Source: an uncultured Actinomycetes bacterium
Lineage (GTDB): Bacteria > Actinomycetota > Thermoleophilia > RBG-16-64-13
Reading direction: 5' to 3'
NCBI GenBank assembly: GCA_963841735.1
Contig: CAWJDT010000006.1
Location: 32,940 to 96,939 of the forward strand
Length of the DNA stretch: 64,000 nt
Part shown: positions 20,782 to 33,589 of the stretch, one piece after another
Layout: every line of letters starts with the position of its first letter
Position numbering within the stretch: the first letter of the stretch is position 1
The notes under the pieces: generated by a model
Told to the model about the DNA's origin: nothing
The model's database searches: none
What the model saw: only the letters and a program-made list of their open reading frames with translations
Translations under genes and position numbers: made by a program

Positions 20782-21164
20782 GATTCTAGGGAGAGACCCC
20801 GTCCACAACGGTCAAAGTGGCCTCGCGCATCGGAGCAAGACGGCTGCCCAAGCCTCGCCACACCCACACCGCGGGCCACAGGGCCGGGCGTGATGACTGT
20901 CTCACGCTCACTCCCGGTGATGATGCCCATTGACTCAGCAGCCCCCAACATCCTGGCGGGTTCCGCCGCGTCCGGGGACATCTCGACGCTGGCCGAGCCC
21001 TGAGTCCCTTCAGCGATCATGACCACGCTATCCAGCGCCGCCAATCGCTCGACGTTCTCAGACGCCCCGACCGGGTCGTGCGCTTTGAGAGACTACAGAC
21101 TTTCGAATAGGCTCTCTCGCTCGCTATGCTCCACGGTCACCCGCAGAGCCCACTCAAGCGGACG

Positions 21165-22466
21165 CTACCACTCAAGGGCGTTCACCCGCTCGAAGATCAC
21201 GCCCATGTTGCGCAGTTGATGGCCAGCATCGAACAGCCCCTCGATCTCGGCGTCGCCCAGCCGAGCGGTCACTTCTGAGTCGGCCTTGAGAAGCTCCTTG
21301 AATGGGGTCTTCTGCTCCCAAGCCTTCATGGCGCTGCGCTGGACGACCGCGTAAGCGTCGTCCCGGAGCATCCCAGCTTCCACGAGGGCAAGCAGCACCC
21401 GCTGGCTGTAAAGCAGGCCAAAGCTCTTGTCCAGGTTGGCGGCCATGTTCTCGGGGTAGACATTCAGCTTGTCCACCAGCCAGCAGGCCTTCTTCAGCAT
21501 GTAATGCAGCAGAATGGTGCTGTCGGGCAAGATGATCCGCTCGGCGCTGGAGTGGCTGATGTCGCGCTCGTGCCACAGCGCGACGTTCTCGAAGGCCACC
21601 AGCATGTTGCCACGGATAATGCGAGCTTGGCCGCAGAGACGCTCGGAGATGATGGGGTTGCGCTTGTGCGGCATGGCCGACGAGCCCTTCTGCCCAGGGG
21701 CGAAGTACTCCTCGGCTTCCAAAACCTCGGTGCGCTGGTAATGGCGCACCTGCAGGGCGATCTTCTCGATGGTGGTGGCGAGGAGGGCCAGCGAAGACAT
21801 GAACTCGGCGTGCCGGTCGCGCTGCACGATCTGAGTGGAGATAGGCGCCGACCCCAAATCGAGCATCGACATGGTCATCTGCTCCACCTGTGGGTCCACG
21901 TTGGCGTAGCTGCCCACGGCACCCGAGATCTTGCCCACCGCTACTTGGTGCGCCGCCCGCCGCAGCCGCTCCAGGTCGCGCTGCACCTCGAAGGCCCATA
22001 GCCCCAGCACCATGCCAAAAGTGATGGGCTCGGCGTGCACCCCGTGCGTGCGGCCCATCATGACCGTGTCACGGTGCTCCAGCGCCCGGCGTTGAAGAAT
22101 GTGCCCCAGCCTCTTGGTCTCTTCTTCCAGAAGCGCCGCGGCTGCCCGCAATTGCAGAGCCAGCCCGGTGTCCAGAACATCCGAAGAAGTCAGCCCGTAG
22201 TGGATGTACTTTGAGCTTTCGCCCACGTTCTCGGCCAGGCAGCTCACAAACGCGATCACGTCATGATGCGTGGTCTCTTCGATCTCGCACACCCGGTCGA
22301 CGTCGAAGGCGGCCTTGGCCTTGATATCGGCCATGGCTTCCTCGGGAATCCTGCCCAAGCGGGTCCACGCTTCGCATACGGCAAGCTCCACCTGCAGCCA
22401 GGCCGCCATGCGGGCCTCATCGGTCCAGACAGCCGTCATCTCGGGCGTGGAGTAGCGCTCGATCAT
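21165..22466 (-). CDS. purB: Adenylosuccinate lyase
   Basis: [33 protein letters not shown]. Confidence 0.97.
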   Translation of the reverse strand: MIERYSTPEMTAVWTDEARMAAWLQVELAVCEAWTRLGRIPEEAMADIKAKAAFDVDRVCEIEETTHHDVIAFVSCLAENVGESSKYIHYGLTSSDVLDTGLALQLRAAAALLEEETKRLGHILQRRALEHRDTVMMGRTHGVHAEPITFGMVLGLWAFEVQRDLERLRRAAHQVAVGKISGAVGSYANVDPQVEQMTMSMLDLGSAPISTQIVQRDRHAEFMSSLALLATTIEKIALQVRHYQRTEVLEAEEYFAPGQKGSSAMPHKRNPIISERLCGQARIIRGNMLVAFENVALWHERDISHSSAERIILPDSTILLHYMLKKACWLVDKLNVYPENMAANLDKSFGLLYSQRVLLALVEAGMLRDDAYAVVQRSAMKAWEQKTPFKELLKADSEVTARLGDAEIEGLFDAGHQLRNMGVIFERVNALEW

Positions 22467-22960
22467 TGGGTGCCGCCTTCGGCCCCGGCTGTTCCCGCGG
22501 GCGCCCCGGCCACCTCAGCCGTCGCCTCTCGCGCCGGCGCCGCAACCGTCAGCCCGGCCACCCGCAGGATCTTCGCCGCCAGGATGCCGGCGTTGCGGGC
22601 CCCGTTTATGGCCACGGTAGCCACCGGCACGCCCGACGGCATCTGCACCATGGAGAGTAACGAGTCGAGTCCACCCAGGTCCGAGGTGCGGATGGGCACT
22701 CCGATCACCGGCAGGTCGGTCAAAGCCGCCACCACTCCCGGTAGAGCCGCCGCCTTCCCCGCCCCGGCGATGATCACCTTGAGCCCCCGCGCCTCGGCGC
22801 TGAGCCCATATTGCCGCACCGCTTCCGGATCGCGGTGCGCGGAAAGCACGTTGACCTCATGCGCGATACCGCGCGCCTCCAACTCCTCGGCCGCCCCGCC
22901 CATGACCTCGGAGTCGGACTGCGAACCCATCAAGATCCCGACTAACGGCTGATCCGCCAT
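22463..22960 (-). CDS. purE: N5-CAIR mutase / AIR carboxylase
   Basis: [35 protein letters not shown]. Confidence 0.96.
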   Translation of the reverse strand: MADQPLVGILMGSQSDSEVMGGAAEELEARGIAHEVNVLSAHRDPEAVRQYGLSAEARGLKVIIAGAGKAAALPGVVAALTDLPVIGVPIRTSDLGGLDSLLSMVQMPSGVPVATVAINGARNAGILAAKILRVAGLTVAAPAREATAEVAGAPAGTAGAEGGTQ

Positions 22961-22992
22961 GTAATCCCCTTTCGACTCACGCCTCGCCGCTC

Positions 22993-24291
22993 TTAGTGGC
23001 GCTTCTCCCACTCCTCCGCCCGCAGGGCGATATCCGAACGATGTTGCTCACCGGCAAAGGCGATCTTCGCCACGCCCTCGTAGGCCCGCGCCCGCGCCTC
23101 AGCGAAGGTGTCGCCCAGGCCCGTCACGGTCAGCACCCGGCCGCCACTGGTGACCAGCCTGCCGTCGACACGTCCGGTGGCGGCATGAAGCACCTGCGCC
23201 CCATCCACGCCCCGGACCTCCTCGGCCCCAGTGATGACGTCCCCTTTGGAACTCGAAGCCGGGTAGCCCCGCGAAGCCAGAACCACTCCCACAGCCGCCC
23301 CCGGGCGCCACTGAGCGGTCGCCGGCAACGCCTCCCCCAAAGCCGCCGCCCACAGCAGCTCGAGCAGATCGGATTCCAGCCGGGGCAACAATGCCTGCGT
23401 CTCCGGATCGCCGAAGCGGCAGTTGAACTCGAGTACCTTGGGCCCTGCTGCGGTAAGCATGACTCCCGCGTAAAGGACCCCCCGGAAGTCGATACCCCTC
23501 CGCTTGAGCTCGGCCACCGTGGGCCGCACCACTTCCGCAACCAGCCTCTCATAGAGCGCGTCATCCACCGCCGGTACCGGCGAGTACGAGCCCATGCCTC
23601 CCGTATTCGGGCCCTTGTCCCCATCCAAAGCCCGCTTGTAGTCTTGAGCAGGGGCAAGGGGCAAAATCTGGTCGCCGCTTACGATGGAGAGCAGCGACAC
23701 CTCTTCTCCCTGCAAGAACTCCTCGATGAGGACCAGGCTCGCCGCGTCTCCAAAGCGCCGCTCCACGAAGCACTCAGCGAGGGCGGCCTCCGCTTCTTCC
23801 AAAGTCTCGGCCACGATGACCCCTTTGCCGGCGGCCAAACCGTCGGCCTTGACCACCACCGGCGCTCCATGCCTACGCACATAGGCCAAAGCCGAGTCGT
23901 AATCGGAGAAGCTATCCGCGCGCCCCGTAGGCACCCCGGCCGCCTGCATCACTTCTTTAGCAAAGACCTTGGAGCCTTCCATGCGCGCGCCGTCGGCCCC
24001 GGGACCAAAAACCGCGAAACCCTTGACCCGCAGTTGATCGGCCAACCCGGCCACCAGCGGGGCCTCCGGCCCCACCACTGTGAGGTCTATCTGCTCCCGC
24101 TCGACAAAGGCGACCAGGGCGGGCACGTCTTCGGCACTTATCGCTACCGTTTCGGCGTCGCCTTCGATGCCCGCGTTGCCGGGAGCCGCGATCACCCTGC
24201 CGATGCGGGAGCTTCTGGCCAGACTGTGCACAAGTGCGTGTTCCCGGGCACCTCCGCCCACCACCAGAACATCCAGCCGGTCAGGAGTCAC
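22993..24291 (-). CDS. purD: Phosphoribosylamine-glycine ligase
   Basis: [43 protein letters not shown]. Confidence 0.97.
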   Translation of the reverse strand: MTPDRLDVLVVGGGAREHALVHSLARSSRIGRVIAAPGNAGIEGDAETVAISAEDVPALVAFVEREQIDLTVVGPEAPLVAGLADQLRVKGFAVFGPGADGARMEGSKVFAKEVMQAAGVPTGRADSFSDYDSALAYVRRHGAPVVVKADGLAAGKGVIVAETLEEAEAALAECFVERRFGDAASLVLIEEFLQGEEVSLLSIVSGDQILPLAPAQDYKRALDGDKGPNTGGMGSYSPVPAVDDALYERLVAEVVRPTVAELKRRGIDFRGVLYAGVMLTAAGPKVLEFNCRFGDPETQALLPRLESDLLELLWAAALGEALPATAQWRPGAAVGVVLASRGYPASSSKGDVITGAEEVRGVDGAQVLHAATGRVDGRLVTSGGRVLTVTGLGDTFAEARARAYEGVAKIAFAGEQHRSDIALRAEEWEKRH

Positions 24292-24307
24292 GCCCCCTCC
24301 CTCACCC

Positions 24308-25786
<1,479 letters not shown>

Positions 25787-25825
25787 TTACACCAGGCCAG
25801 TGACGGAGCCGCCACGATCGATGAT

Positions 25826-27315
25826 CTACCGGCCGCTACGGAGCGCTCGGGGAGCAGTTGCGGAGGCCCCCATACCCACAACGGCCCTGGCCGCCACCAA
25901 ACCCGAAGCCGACGCCTGCACAAGACCGCGAGTGACCCCGGCTCCGTCTCCCACCGCGTAGAGCCCGGCCACCGGAGTCTGCAGACTCGAGTCCAGCGCG
26001 AGCCGGGACGAGTAGAACTTGACCTCCGCCCCATAGAGCAGGGTGTCCCGGCCGCCGACGCCGGGCAAGAGCGCATCCAGGGCGTCCAGCATGTCAATAA
26101 GGTCCTGCAAGTGACGATACGGCAGGGCAAAGGACAAGTCGCCCGGGGTAGCGGCACGGAGCGTGGGTAGCACCGCGCCACGCCGCATCCTCTCAGGAGT
26201 GGTGCGATGCCCTGCCCTCAGGTCGCCCAGCCGTTGCACCAAGATGTCTTTGCCCAACATGTTGGCCAGCCGGGCGATCGACTTGCCGTACTCGATAGGC
26301 TCCTTGAAGGGCTCAGTGAAGCGCGTGGAAACAAGCAGGGCGAAGTTGGTGTTCGCGGTCTTCTGTTCGGGGTCGGCGTAGCTGTGGCCGTTGACGGTCA
26401 CGGCGTCACCCCAGCATTCCGTACACACCACCCCGCGAGGATTCATGCAGAACGTGCGCACTTGGTCCTCGAAGTGACGCGAGGTGTAGAGCAGCTTGGG
26501 CTCGTACAGCTCGTCGGTAATGACGTCGGTGACCACGGCCGGCACTTCCACCCGCACTCCGATGTCCACGGCGTTGCTTACCAGAGGGATCCCGAGACGT
26601 CTGGCTTCATCGCTGAGCCAGGCGGATCCCTCCCGCCCCGGAGCGACGACAACCACCGGGCTCCGGCAGATCTCTCCGGTCTCGGTCTCGACGCCGGTGA
26701 CCCGAGCCACGCCCGGCCCCGCCGACGGCCGCGTCGACCGCCCGACGCGCCGGCTTCAGCGTCGCCGGCCGTCAGGATGCGCGCTACCGCCGTGTCTGTG
26801 CAGATATCGACCTTGTTCTCAAGCTCGGCCCTCATAGCCGCAAGCACCGCGGCCGCTCGCTCGGTGCCCAGATGCCGAACCGGCGAACGCACCAGCCGTA
26901 GACCCTGCAGCGCCGCCGCGTCCACCCACCGGTCGAGGCTCTCCTGGTCGTCGCCGTACAGCCTATCCGGCGCCCCGAAGTCCCGATACACTCGGTCGAC
27001 TTCGGCGATCAGGACCTGCAGCGTGGCTGCATCCACATATTCCCCCAGCCATCCACCCACTTCGGAGGTCAGGGTCAGCTTGCCGTCGGAGAAAGCCCCC
27101 GCTCCCCCCCAACCTGTGGTGATGTCACAAGAAGAGCAGTGAGCGCAAGAACCGGCTGTCCGCGCCGGGCAACGGCGCTCGGAGATATCGGCCCCCTTCT
27201 CGAGCAGCAGAACCCGCAGCTTCGAACCTCGGGAGAACTCGAGCGCGGCGAAGATGCCGGCCGGTCCGCCGCCGACGATGATGACGTCGTACTCTCTGTC
27301 TTTGCGAGAGGTCAT
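25826..27315 (-). CDS. FAD-dependent oxidoreductase with Cys cluster; frameshift near 26720-26760
   Basis: IVGGGPAG, RCPARTAGSCAHCSSC, GWGGAGAFSDGKL in the 5' ORF; VDIGVRVE, RTFCMNP, VNGHS, GDGAGVTRGL in the 3' ORF. Confidence 0.82.
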
Positions 27316-27384
27316 CGCTCCTCCGCGTTCCTGCGAGCCCTGGACCATGCCCGGCCCCACGCAGGCGAGACTGCCCCATAAGGT

Positions 27385-28756
27385 CTACGTACCCAGACGC
27401 CTGTCGGCCAGGTCGGCGAAGCGCGTGTAGTCCTGCATGAAGGCCACCTTACAGTCGCCGATTGGGCCGTTCCGCTGTTTGCCCACGATGATCTCCGCCG
27501 TACCCTTGTCAGGGCTGTCCCGGTTGTAGACTTCATCGCGGTAGATAAAGAGCACTACGTCCGCGTCCTGCTCGAGCGCTCCAGATTCCCTAAGGTCCGA
27601 CAGCACCGGCTTGTTACCCGCGCGTTGCTCCACCTGCCGGGAAAGCTGCGAAAGAGCAAGCACCGGGACTTCCAGTTCACGAGCGAGGATCTTGAGCCCC
27701 CTGGAGATGCGCGATATCTCCTGCTGACGGTTCTCGGTGCTGGCGTCGCCCACCATCAACTGGAGGTAGTCCACCACGATGAGTCCTAGGTTCTTCTCCT
27801 TGGCCTTGAGCCGACGGGCTTTGGCCCGCATCTCCATGAGGTTGAGCGAGGCAGTGTCGTCGATGAAGATGGACGCGGCGTGCAGTGCCGTGCAACCGGC
27901 CGCCAACTGACTCCACTCCTTGGGCTGCATGACGCTCCGGCGCACTCGCCAGAGATCCACCCGGGCCTCGGAGCACATCATACGGGTGACTACTTCCATC
28001 TTGGACATCTCAAGACTGAAGAAGGCCACGCCCTTTCGCTGATCCACCGCGACATTACGAGCGATGTTGAGGGCAAATGCCGTCTTGCCCATGGAAGGCC
28101 GAGCGGCCAGGATTACCAGGTTGGACGGCTGGAAAGCGCCGATTTTTTCGTCAACGTCTCGGAAACCGGTCTGGCAGCCCACCGTGTGGTGTCCCACGGT
28201 GGCCGCCCTGCTCAAGCTCCGCGTAGTTCTCGGTGATGAGGTCTGCAATGGGCTCGAACTCTCCGGTCACCCGAGACTGCGAGATGTCGAACACCATCTG
28301 CTCAGCCCGGTCGATCAGGTCGATCGGGGTTTGTTCCCGCCGGTAGCCCATCTCCGCGATGTCGCTTCCCACCCTTATCAACGAGCGGAGCAAGTAGTTC
28401 TCGCGCACGATCTCGGCGTAGTGCCTGGCGTTCACGGCCGCGGGTACAGCTGTGACCAAGCTGTGCACGAAGGCCTTCCCTCCTACCGCTTCCAGGCCGG
28501 CCCGGTTGGCCAGCTCCTCGCTAACGGTGATTGGGTCGACCGGTTCTCCGCGAGAGAAGAGGTCTTCGATGGCCTCGAAGATACGTTGGTGAGCCTGCCG
28601 GTAGAAATGGACCGGCCGGATGATCTCACTGACGCCCGGGATGACGTTGGGAGTGAGCATGCTGGCGCCGAGGACCGATATCTCGGCATCCAGATTCTGC
28701 GGTACCACATGGTCGATCGCCCCGGAACTACCGGCGCCGCCCGCCCTCATCTCCAC
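27385..28756 (-). CDS. dnaB: Replicative DNA helicase; frameshift near 28205
   Basis: PQNLDAEISVLG N-domain; AARPSMGKT, FSLEM, DYLQL, LSQLSR, DLRESGALEQDAD, KQRNGP. Confidence 0.95.
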
Positions 28757-28793
28757 GCGCGCCCCTCCCTCCTAGGGAAGACCGTCTCCGCCC

Positions 28794-29255
28794 CTAGCTC
28801 TTGTTCTCCTCAGGAGCCACTATGACCTTGACCTCGGCGGGTTCCACGCTATTGTGCACATCGACCTTGACCATGTACGTGCCCACCGTCTTGATAGGCT
28901 CTTCGAGGTCCACCTTGCGCTTGTCGACACGGAGTTTGCGGGCCGCGAAGATGGCGTCGGCGATGTCCTGATTGGTGACCGACCCGAAAAGACGGTCTCC
29001 AGAGCCCACTGGGGCCGTGATAGTGAGCACTGTCTTGGAGAGCATCTCCCGGGTCTCGTCCGCCCGGTCGGCTTCACGTTGGGCGTGAGCAGCGCGCTCT
29101 TCCATGATCTGGCGCACCTTGGCTATACGTCCCGGGGTAGCCATTTCGGCCAGTTTGCGAGGCAGCAGGAAATTGCGGGCGTAGCCCTCGGCCACGTTCG
29201 CCAATTCGCCCTTCTTGCCCAGCTTGTCCACGTCCTGCAGAAGGATTATCTCCAT
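28794..29255 (-). CDS. rplI: 50S ribosomal protein L9
   Basis: MEIILLQDVDKLG, GYARNFLLP, LFGSVT. Confidence 0.97.
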   Translation of the reverse strand: MEIILLQDVDKLGKKGELANVAEGYARNFLLPRKLAEMATPGRIAKVRQIMEERAAHAQREADRADETREMLSKTVLTITAPVGSGDRLFGSVTNQDIADAIFAARKLRVDKRKVDLEEPIKTVGTYMVKVDVHNSVEPAEVKVIVAPEENKS

Positions 29256-29274
29256 GGGTCACTCCTTGTGAATG

Positions 29275-30270
29275 TCACTTCGCCGGGCCTGCGCCCGGGA
29301 TCTTGAGGGCGAACCGCTTACGGTAGTCCACCCAGGTGTCAAATAGCCCGAATATGCCGGTGAGTTGCAGAAGAAACTGGCCGAGTCCCGCCGCGATGTA
29401 CAGCGCCACGCGCTGACCAGGCCGCATCCGCCTGTGAACGGCCAGCCAATGCGCAACCGCCAGACCCTGCAGAAAGAACAATGTCTGTGATACCAGAAGC
29501 ACGTTGATGCCCGCGTGGAGCAACACCTCAGCCAACCGGCCGTCCATCCTCGAAAAGAGCACCATGGCCAGTCCGGCTATGGTCGCGTAGGCAGTGCCCC
29601 AGTGCATCCGGAACTCCGCAAAGGACAGATCGACCGCCACCCGCTGGCGTAGTCTCGGGAAGATACGGCCGGCCAATCCAAGCGAGCATGCGGCCAGAAG
29701 TATGGCGCCCATGACCAACACACCGGGAGCCAGATACGGCCCGATGTCCATGAAACTGCGTAGTTGCTCGGCCACAGCCCCGGCGTTATCGGCGGTCACT
29801 CCCGGCCCACCGCCGTTGGCTACATAGTCGTCGATCCAACTCCCAAAAACCTCTCGTATCCGGGTTAGAGTGACTCCTAGGGCCAGCCACGCGAACACGC
29901 CCCACAAGACCAAGGCGCCGACTGTTGCAGCCGTAGTGAGCGCGAAGCTCCGGTCGAACCTCCAGCCTCTGCGAAGAACCCAACCAATAGCGCCGCCCAT
30001 CCCCGCCACCAGAAGAAACACCAGCACCGCCGCCTCTGCACCCGCTCCGAGATAAACCAACAGCCCAGTGGCCGCCGCGACGATCGCCCCATTGGCAAAG
30101 CCCCAAAGAACCACCACGTACGCCAAGGGAAGGCAAAGGAACGGAACGATAAACACAGGCACAAACGGCAGAACCGCCACGCACATCCCCAAGATGACGC
30201 TGACAGCGGCCGCCTTGGCCACTCGTAGCGCAAGGGGCGCAGACGTGGCGTTCACGGACCCAGCTTGCAT
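29275..30270 (-). CDS. DUF2232/YybS-family membrane protein
   Basis: Polytopic; FFLQGLAV and GLFDTWVDYRKR; typical position between rpsR and rplI. Confidence 0.8.
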   Translation of the reverse strand: MQAGSVNATSAPLALRVAKAAAVSVILGMCVAVLPFVPVFIVPFLCLPLAYVVVLWGFANGAIVAAATGLLVYLGAGAEAAVLVFLLVAGMGGAIGWVLRRGWRFDRSFALTTAATVGALVLWGVFAWLALGVTLTRIREVFGSWIDDYVANGGGPGVTADNAGAVAEQLRSFMDIGPYLAPGVLVMGAILLAACSLGLAGRIFPRLRQRVAVDLSFAEFRMHWGTAYATIAGLAMVLFSRMDGRLAEVLLHAGINVLLVSQTLFFLQGLAVAHWLAVHRRMRPGQRVALYIAAGLGQFLLQLTGIFGLFDTWVDYRKRFALKIPGAGPAK

Positions 30271-30286
30271 GGATGCAGACAGTCCT

Positions 30287-30544
30287 CTACCGGCTGCTGT
30301 AAGGAAGCAGCGCGACCTCGCGGGCCCGCTTGATAGCCACGGCCACCTGCCTCTGATGGCGACGGCACGCACCCGTGGTGCGGCGGGATTTGATCTTGCC
30401 CCGCTCGGACATGAACCGGCGGAGAGTGCCAAAGTCTTTGTAGTCCACCGTCTCGACGTCTTCCTTGCAGAAGAAGCAGTACTTCCGCCGGCGGTTGCCT
30501 GTCACAGGCCTAGTGCGCCTTTGCGGCTTCTTGGGATTCGCCAC
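30287..30544 (-). CDS. rpsR: 30S ribosomal protein S18 (Zn-binding form)
   Basis: [31 protein letters not shown]. Confidence 0.97.
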   Translation of the reverse strand: MANPKKPQRRTRPVTGNRRRKYCFFCKEDVETVDYKDFGTLRRFMSERGKIKSRRTTGACRRHQRQVAVAIKRAREVALLPYSSR

Positions 30545-30577
30545 TTTCTTAACCTCTTTCTCGTTCCGTAGAGACGA

Positions 30578-31021
30578 CTAGAAAGGTATGTCGTCGCCCC
30601 CGAAATCAATGTCACGGAAATCGTCCCGCGCGGCCGCCCCTGACGCGGGTTCTGCCCCGCCTCGAGAAACCGGCTCACGCGTCTCATTCTGGCCGCCGAT
30701 GAACATAACCACATCGGCGATAATCTCGACCTTGCTGCGCTTACCACCGTCCTGTGCTTCCCAGCTCCGCTGATCGAGTCTGCCGTCAACGGCCACCTGG
30801 CGGCCCTTGCTCAAGTACTTGGCGCAGTTCTCGCCCTGGGCACCCCAAACCACCACATCGAAAAAGTTGGGCTTCTCGACCCACTGCCCGGAACCGTCTT
30901 TGTACGACGAATTGACCGCGACTCCCAACTGGCACACCGAGGTGCCGCTGGGGGTCTGACGCAGTTCGGGGTCCCGGGTCAGATTGCCCACCAAGGTCAC
31001 ATGCGCGATGCCGCGAGCCAT
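30578..31021 (-). CDS. ssb: Single-stranded DNA-binding protein
   Basis: LVGNLTRDPELR, C-terminal DDIPF. Confidence 0.97.
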   Translation of the reverse strand: MARGIAHVTLVGNLTRDPELRQTPSGTSVCQLGVAVNSSYKDGSGQWVEKPNFFDVVVWGAQGENCAKYLSKGRQVAVDGRLDQRSWEAQDGGKRSKVEIIADVVMFIGGQNETREPVSRGGAEPASGAAARDDFRDIDFGGDDIPF

Positions 31022-31036
31022 CTGTGCTCCTTTGCC

Positions 31037-31441
31037 TTATTCGTCCTGTGGGCCCGCAGCAACGGGAGCAGTAGGTGCCACTGGTACCACTGGTGCCGCC
31101 GGGGAAACCGGGGCCACTGGGGCCGCCGGAGCTACTGGGGCCTTGAAGCCGAAAGGCTTCTCGTGACGGATGGGCATGAACCGAAGCACAGAGTCGGTGA
31201 TACCCAAGACGCGGGTCACCTCGTCTAGCGTCTTGCTGGCCGCCTCGAAGTACCAGATGTAGTAGACACCGTCCATGGTGTCCTTGATCTCGTACGCCAG
31301 ACGCCTCTTGCCCCACTCGTCGATCTTCACTATGACACCATTGTCACCCGTGATGATCTCTTTGGTGCGGTCTACGACCGCGTTGCGTTCTTCATCCGTT
31401 ACGTCGGTACGCAGGATGAGAACCAGCTCATAGCTGTTCAG
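31037..31441 (-). CDS. rpsF: 30S ribosomal protein S6 (CUG start; Ala/Pro/Val-rich tail)
   Basis: (M)NSYELVLILR, WGKRRLAYEI, VLRFM; AGGAGGTGA-cccaaa-CTG. Confidence 0.93.
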   Translation of the reverse strand: MNSYELVLILRTDVTDEERNAVVDRTKEIITGDNGVIVKIDEWGKRRLAYEIKDTMDGVYYIWYFEAASKTLDEVTRVLGITDSVLRFMPIRHEKPFGFKAPVAPAAPVAPVSPAAPVVPVAPTAPVAAGPQDE

Positions 31442-31444
31442 TTT

Positions 31445-31495
31445 GGGTCACCTCCTACGGTCTGAATGGCCCCGGCCTTACTGCCGGAGCAGGGG
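31445..31495 (-). promoter_or_regulatory. Putative S6:S18 autoregulatory leader RNA
   Basis: CCCTGCTCC-GGCAGTAAGGCC-GGGGCCATTCAGACCGTAGGAGGTG resembles, from memory, the known rpsF leader; TACAAT just upstream. Confidence 0.6.
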
Positions 31496-31694
31496 TGCAT
31501 TATGGAATTGTACTCGCGCCGCCGGACAGGACTTTGTGGGTCCACGGCCGGGCAGCCGACGCGAAGGAGGCAGTATACACCGGGGGCGCGGGGAGCACCA
31601 AAGCAGGTGCTCCCCGCGCCCCGTCTTGGGTCCGCGTGGCCTCATGTGCACCACCTCCGCCGGTCGGCATCTCACCCGGCGGAGGACCCGACAT

Positions 31695-32792
31695 CTACTT
31701 GGCTTTGCCGTCCCCGGTCTGTCCGGCGGGTCCACTGTCAGCCGGCGGGCACGGCTCAGGAGTCGTGGCCGCCACCGGCGATCCAGCCGCGTTGTCCGGT
31801 CCCGGCTGCCCCTGCCAACCATGCTGCCGATAGCCCTGATAGCGCTCAAGCGACCGTTCTCGGCTGCGCCGAGCGAGCCTCCGCACTATCAGGTACACGA
31901 TGAAGGCGACGAGGGCGATGACCACCAGAGTCGGGATGAGCCACCCCAGACCGCGGACTATCTGGTTGATCGCTTCGACGATGTTATGGAGTGCGTCTTT
32001 GAGAGCGGTTACGAAACCCCACTCCCCCGCGGGAGTTGTTTCGACTCCGGTTTCGTAGATGCTCATGGTGAGCGTGGAGTAGCTGGTGTGCTCGTCCAAG
32101 TACCGCTGCTGCCCTTTTAGCTGCTCCAGTTCCGCCTGGGCGGAGGTGAGCACCGACTGGACCTGCAGAATCTCATCAACGGTCTTGGCCTTGGCGAGCA
32201 GCCCGAGAAGCTGCCGCACGTTGGCTTCGGAGTTAGTGATACGTGCCTCGAGGTCTATGTATTCCGCGGTGACGTCCTCGGTAGTGATGTACTGCCTCTT
32301 GATCTCCCCGAGCTTGCGCGCTTCGCCCATAGCCATGCTGAAGTCGCTCACCGGTAGCCGGAGCGTAACGGTGCCGCTCTTCATGCTGTCTTCCTCACCG
32401 CTCGCCTGGGAGTTGGAGCTAACGATGTAACCCCCATAGCGGTTCGCAAGGAGCAGGGCCTGATCGAACACGTTCTGGAACTTACCCGACTCGACCTCGA
32501 TGTCGAGTTGGGCGGTGGTGATGACCTTCTGATCCGTACGGGCCGCCAGAACGCCCAACGTGCCGCTCACAGCCTGTTCCATCCCAGTTGCCGCCGTCTG
32601 CGAGACCTCCCCGGCGGCCTCGTCCCGCCAGAAGACCGTCGTGGGGGGACCGCTCGCGCCGTTCGGGCCATACGAGACCCCTTCGTCACTTGAGCCCCCA
32701 CACCCCGCGATGCCCGCCAAACCGGCCAGCCCGAGCAAGAGAGCTATCGCGGCCGCTACTATCCATCCCCTATGTTTTCTTCTCGCGCTCAT
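31695..32792 (-). CDS. DUF4349-domain lipoprotein
   Basis: Lipobox IAGC; KVITTA, YGGYI, EDVTAEYIDLEARI, ELEQLKGQ; C-terminal TM. Confidence 0.82.
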   Translation of the reverse strand: MSARRKHRGWIVAAAIALLLGLAGLAGIAGCGGSSDEGVSYGPNGASGPPTTVFWRDEAAGEVSQTAATGMEQAVSGTLGVLAARTDQKVITTAQLDIEVESGKFQNVFDQALLLANRYGGYIVSSNSQASGEEDSMKSGTVTLRLPVSDFSMAMGEARKLGEIKRQYITTEDVTAEYIDLEARITNSEANVRQLLGLLAKAKTVDEILQVQSVLTSAQAELEQLKGQQRYLDEHTSYSTLTMSIYETGVETTPAGEWGFVTALKDALHNIVEAINQIVRGLGWLIPTLVVIALVAFIVYLIVRRLARRSRERSLERYQGYRQHGWQGQPGPDNAAGSPVAATTPEPCPPADSGPAGQTGDGKAK

Positions 32793-32875
32793 GGCCCACC
32801 CCTGACTGCTGTTCTTGAAACCCCGCCGGCTCTAGGACGCCGAGCGTCTGGGGGCAGTTCCGCCGATCGAACCTG

Positions 32876-33589
32876 CTACCACAGCCCCCAGTCGGTCAGA
32901 CGGATGAGCCTGCTGAAAGCACCGCTTATCAACAACACCCCATAGACGATGAGAACGGCCCCGCACACTATCTGGATGACCCGGAGGTGACGCCGGATGC
33001 GCGCCAAGGCGCGGAGAGCCCAGCCAGCGAAGAGCCCGGCCACAAGAAATGGTATCCCCATGCCCAACGAATAGACAAAGAGCAGCAGGGCCCCCGCGGC
33101 CGGATCGTTCCCCTCGGCGGCCATGGTCAGGATCGAGCCCAGGATGGGACCGACACAAGGAGTCCACCCGAACGCGAACGCCACCCCTAGAAGAAAGGCG
33201 CCGGCCGAGCCCCCGGGCGCCCGCTTGAGGAGAGGGCGCATGTCCCTCTGCATGAAACGGGGCATAGTCAGACCCGCTACGACGGCCCCAAGCCCTATAA
33301 GCAAGGCTCCGGCGACAATCTCCAGCGCCCGCTTGTTGGCAACGAGCCCACCCATGAACGAGAAGCCCGCGCCAAGCAAGGTGAAGACCAGAGAAAACCC
33401 CAACACGAAGGCCACAGTGCTCCAAAGCACTCGCCGGTTGCCCCGTTCAAGCTCCTCCACGCTCAGCCCGGAGACAAACGAGAGATATGCAGGCAGCAGC
33501 GGCAACACGCAGGGGCTGAGGAAACTGGCCGCCCCACCCGCGAGCGCTACCAGAAAGGCCATGAAACCCAGTTCAGTCGGTAAGGCCAT
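32876..33589 (-). CDS. ccdA: CcdA thiol-disulfide membrane electron transporter
   Basis: SFLSPCVLPLLPAY and GWTPCVGPILG; start at 33589 or 33562. Confidence 0.93.
   Translation of the reverse strand: MALPTELGFMAFLVALAGGAASFLSPCVLPLLPAYLSFVSGLSVEELERGNRRVLWSTVAFVLGFSLVFTLLGAGFSFMGGLVANKRALEIVAGALLIGLGAVVAGLTMPRFMQRDMRPLLKRAPGGSAGAFLLGVAFAFGWTPCVGPILGSILTMAAEGNDPAAGALLLFVYSLGMGIPFLVAGLFAGWALRALARIRRHLRVIQIVCGAVLIVYGVLLISGAFSRLIRLTDWGLW

Noticed and set aside
20381-21140. In-frame TAG codons in two ORF-like fragments, suggesting pyrrolysine
   Set aside because: The fragments are unrecognisable, one also needs a frameshift, and no methylamine methyltransferase or pyl genes are in the window; decayed DNA is more likely.
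31060-31145. 9-bp-period repeats in the rpsF tail (likewise Thr/Pro-rich runs at ~39150-39290, ~50873 and ~54000-54130) as array or CRISPR signals
   Set aside because: They encode low-complexity linkers, with no spacer structure and no cas genes.
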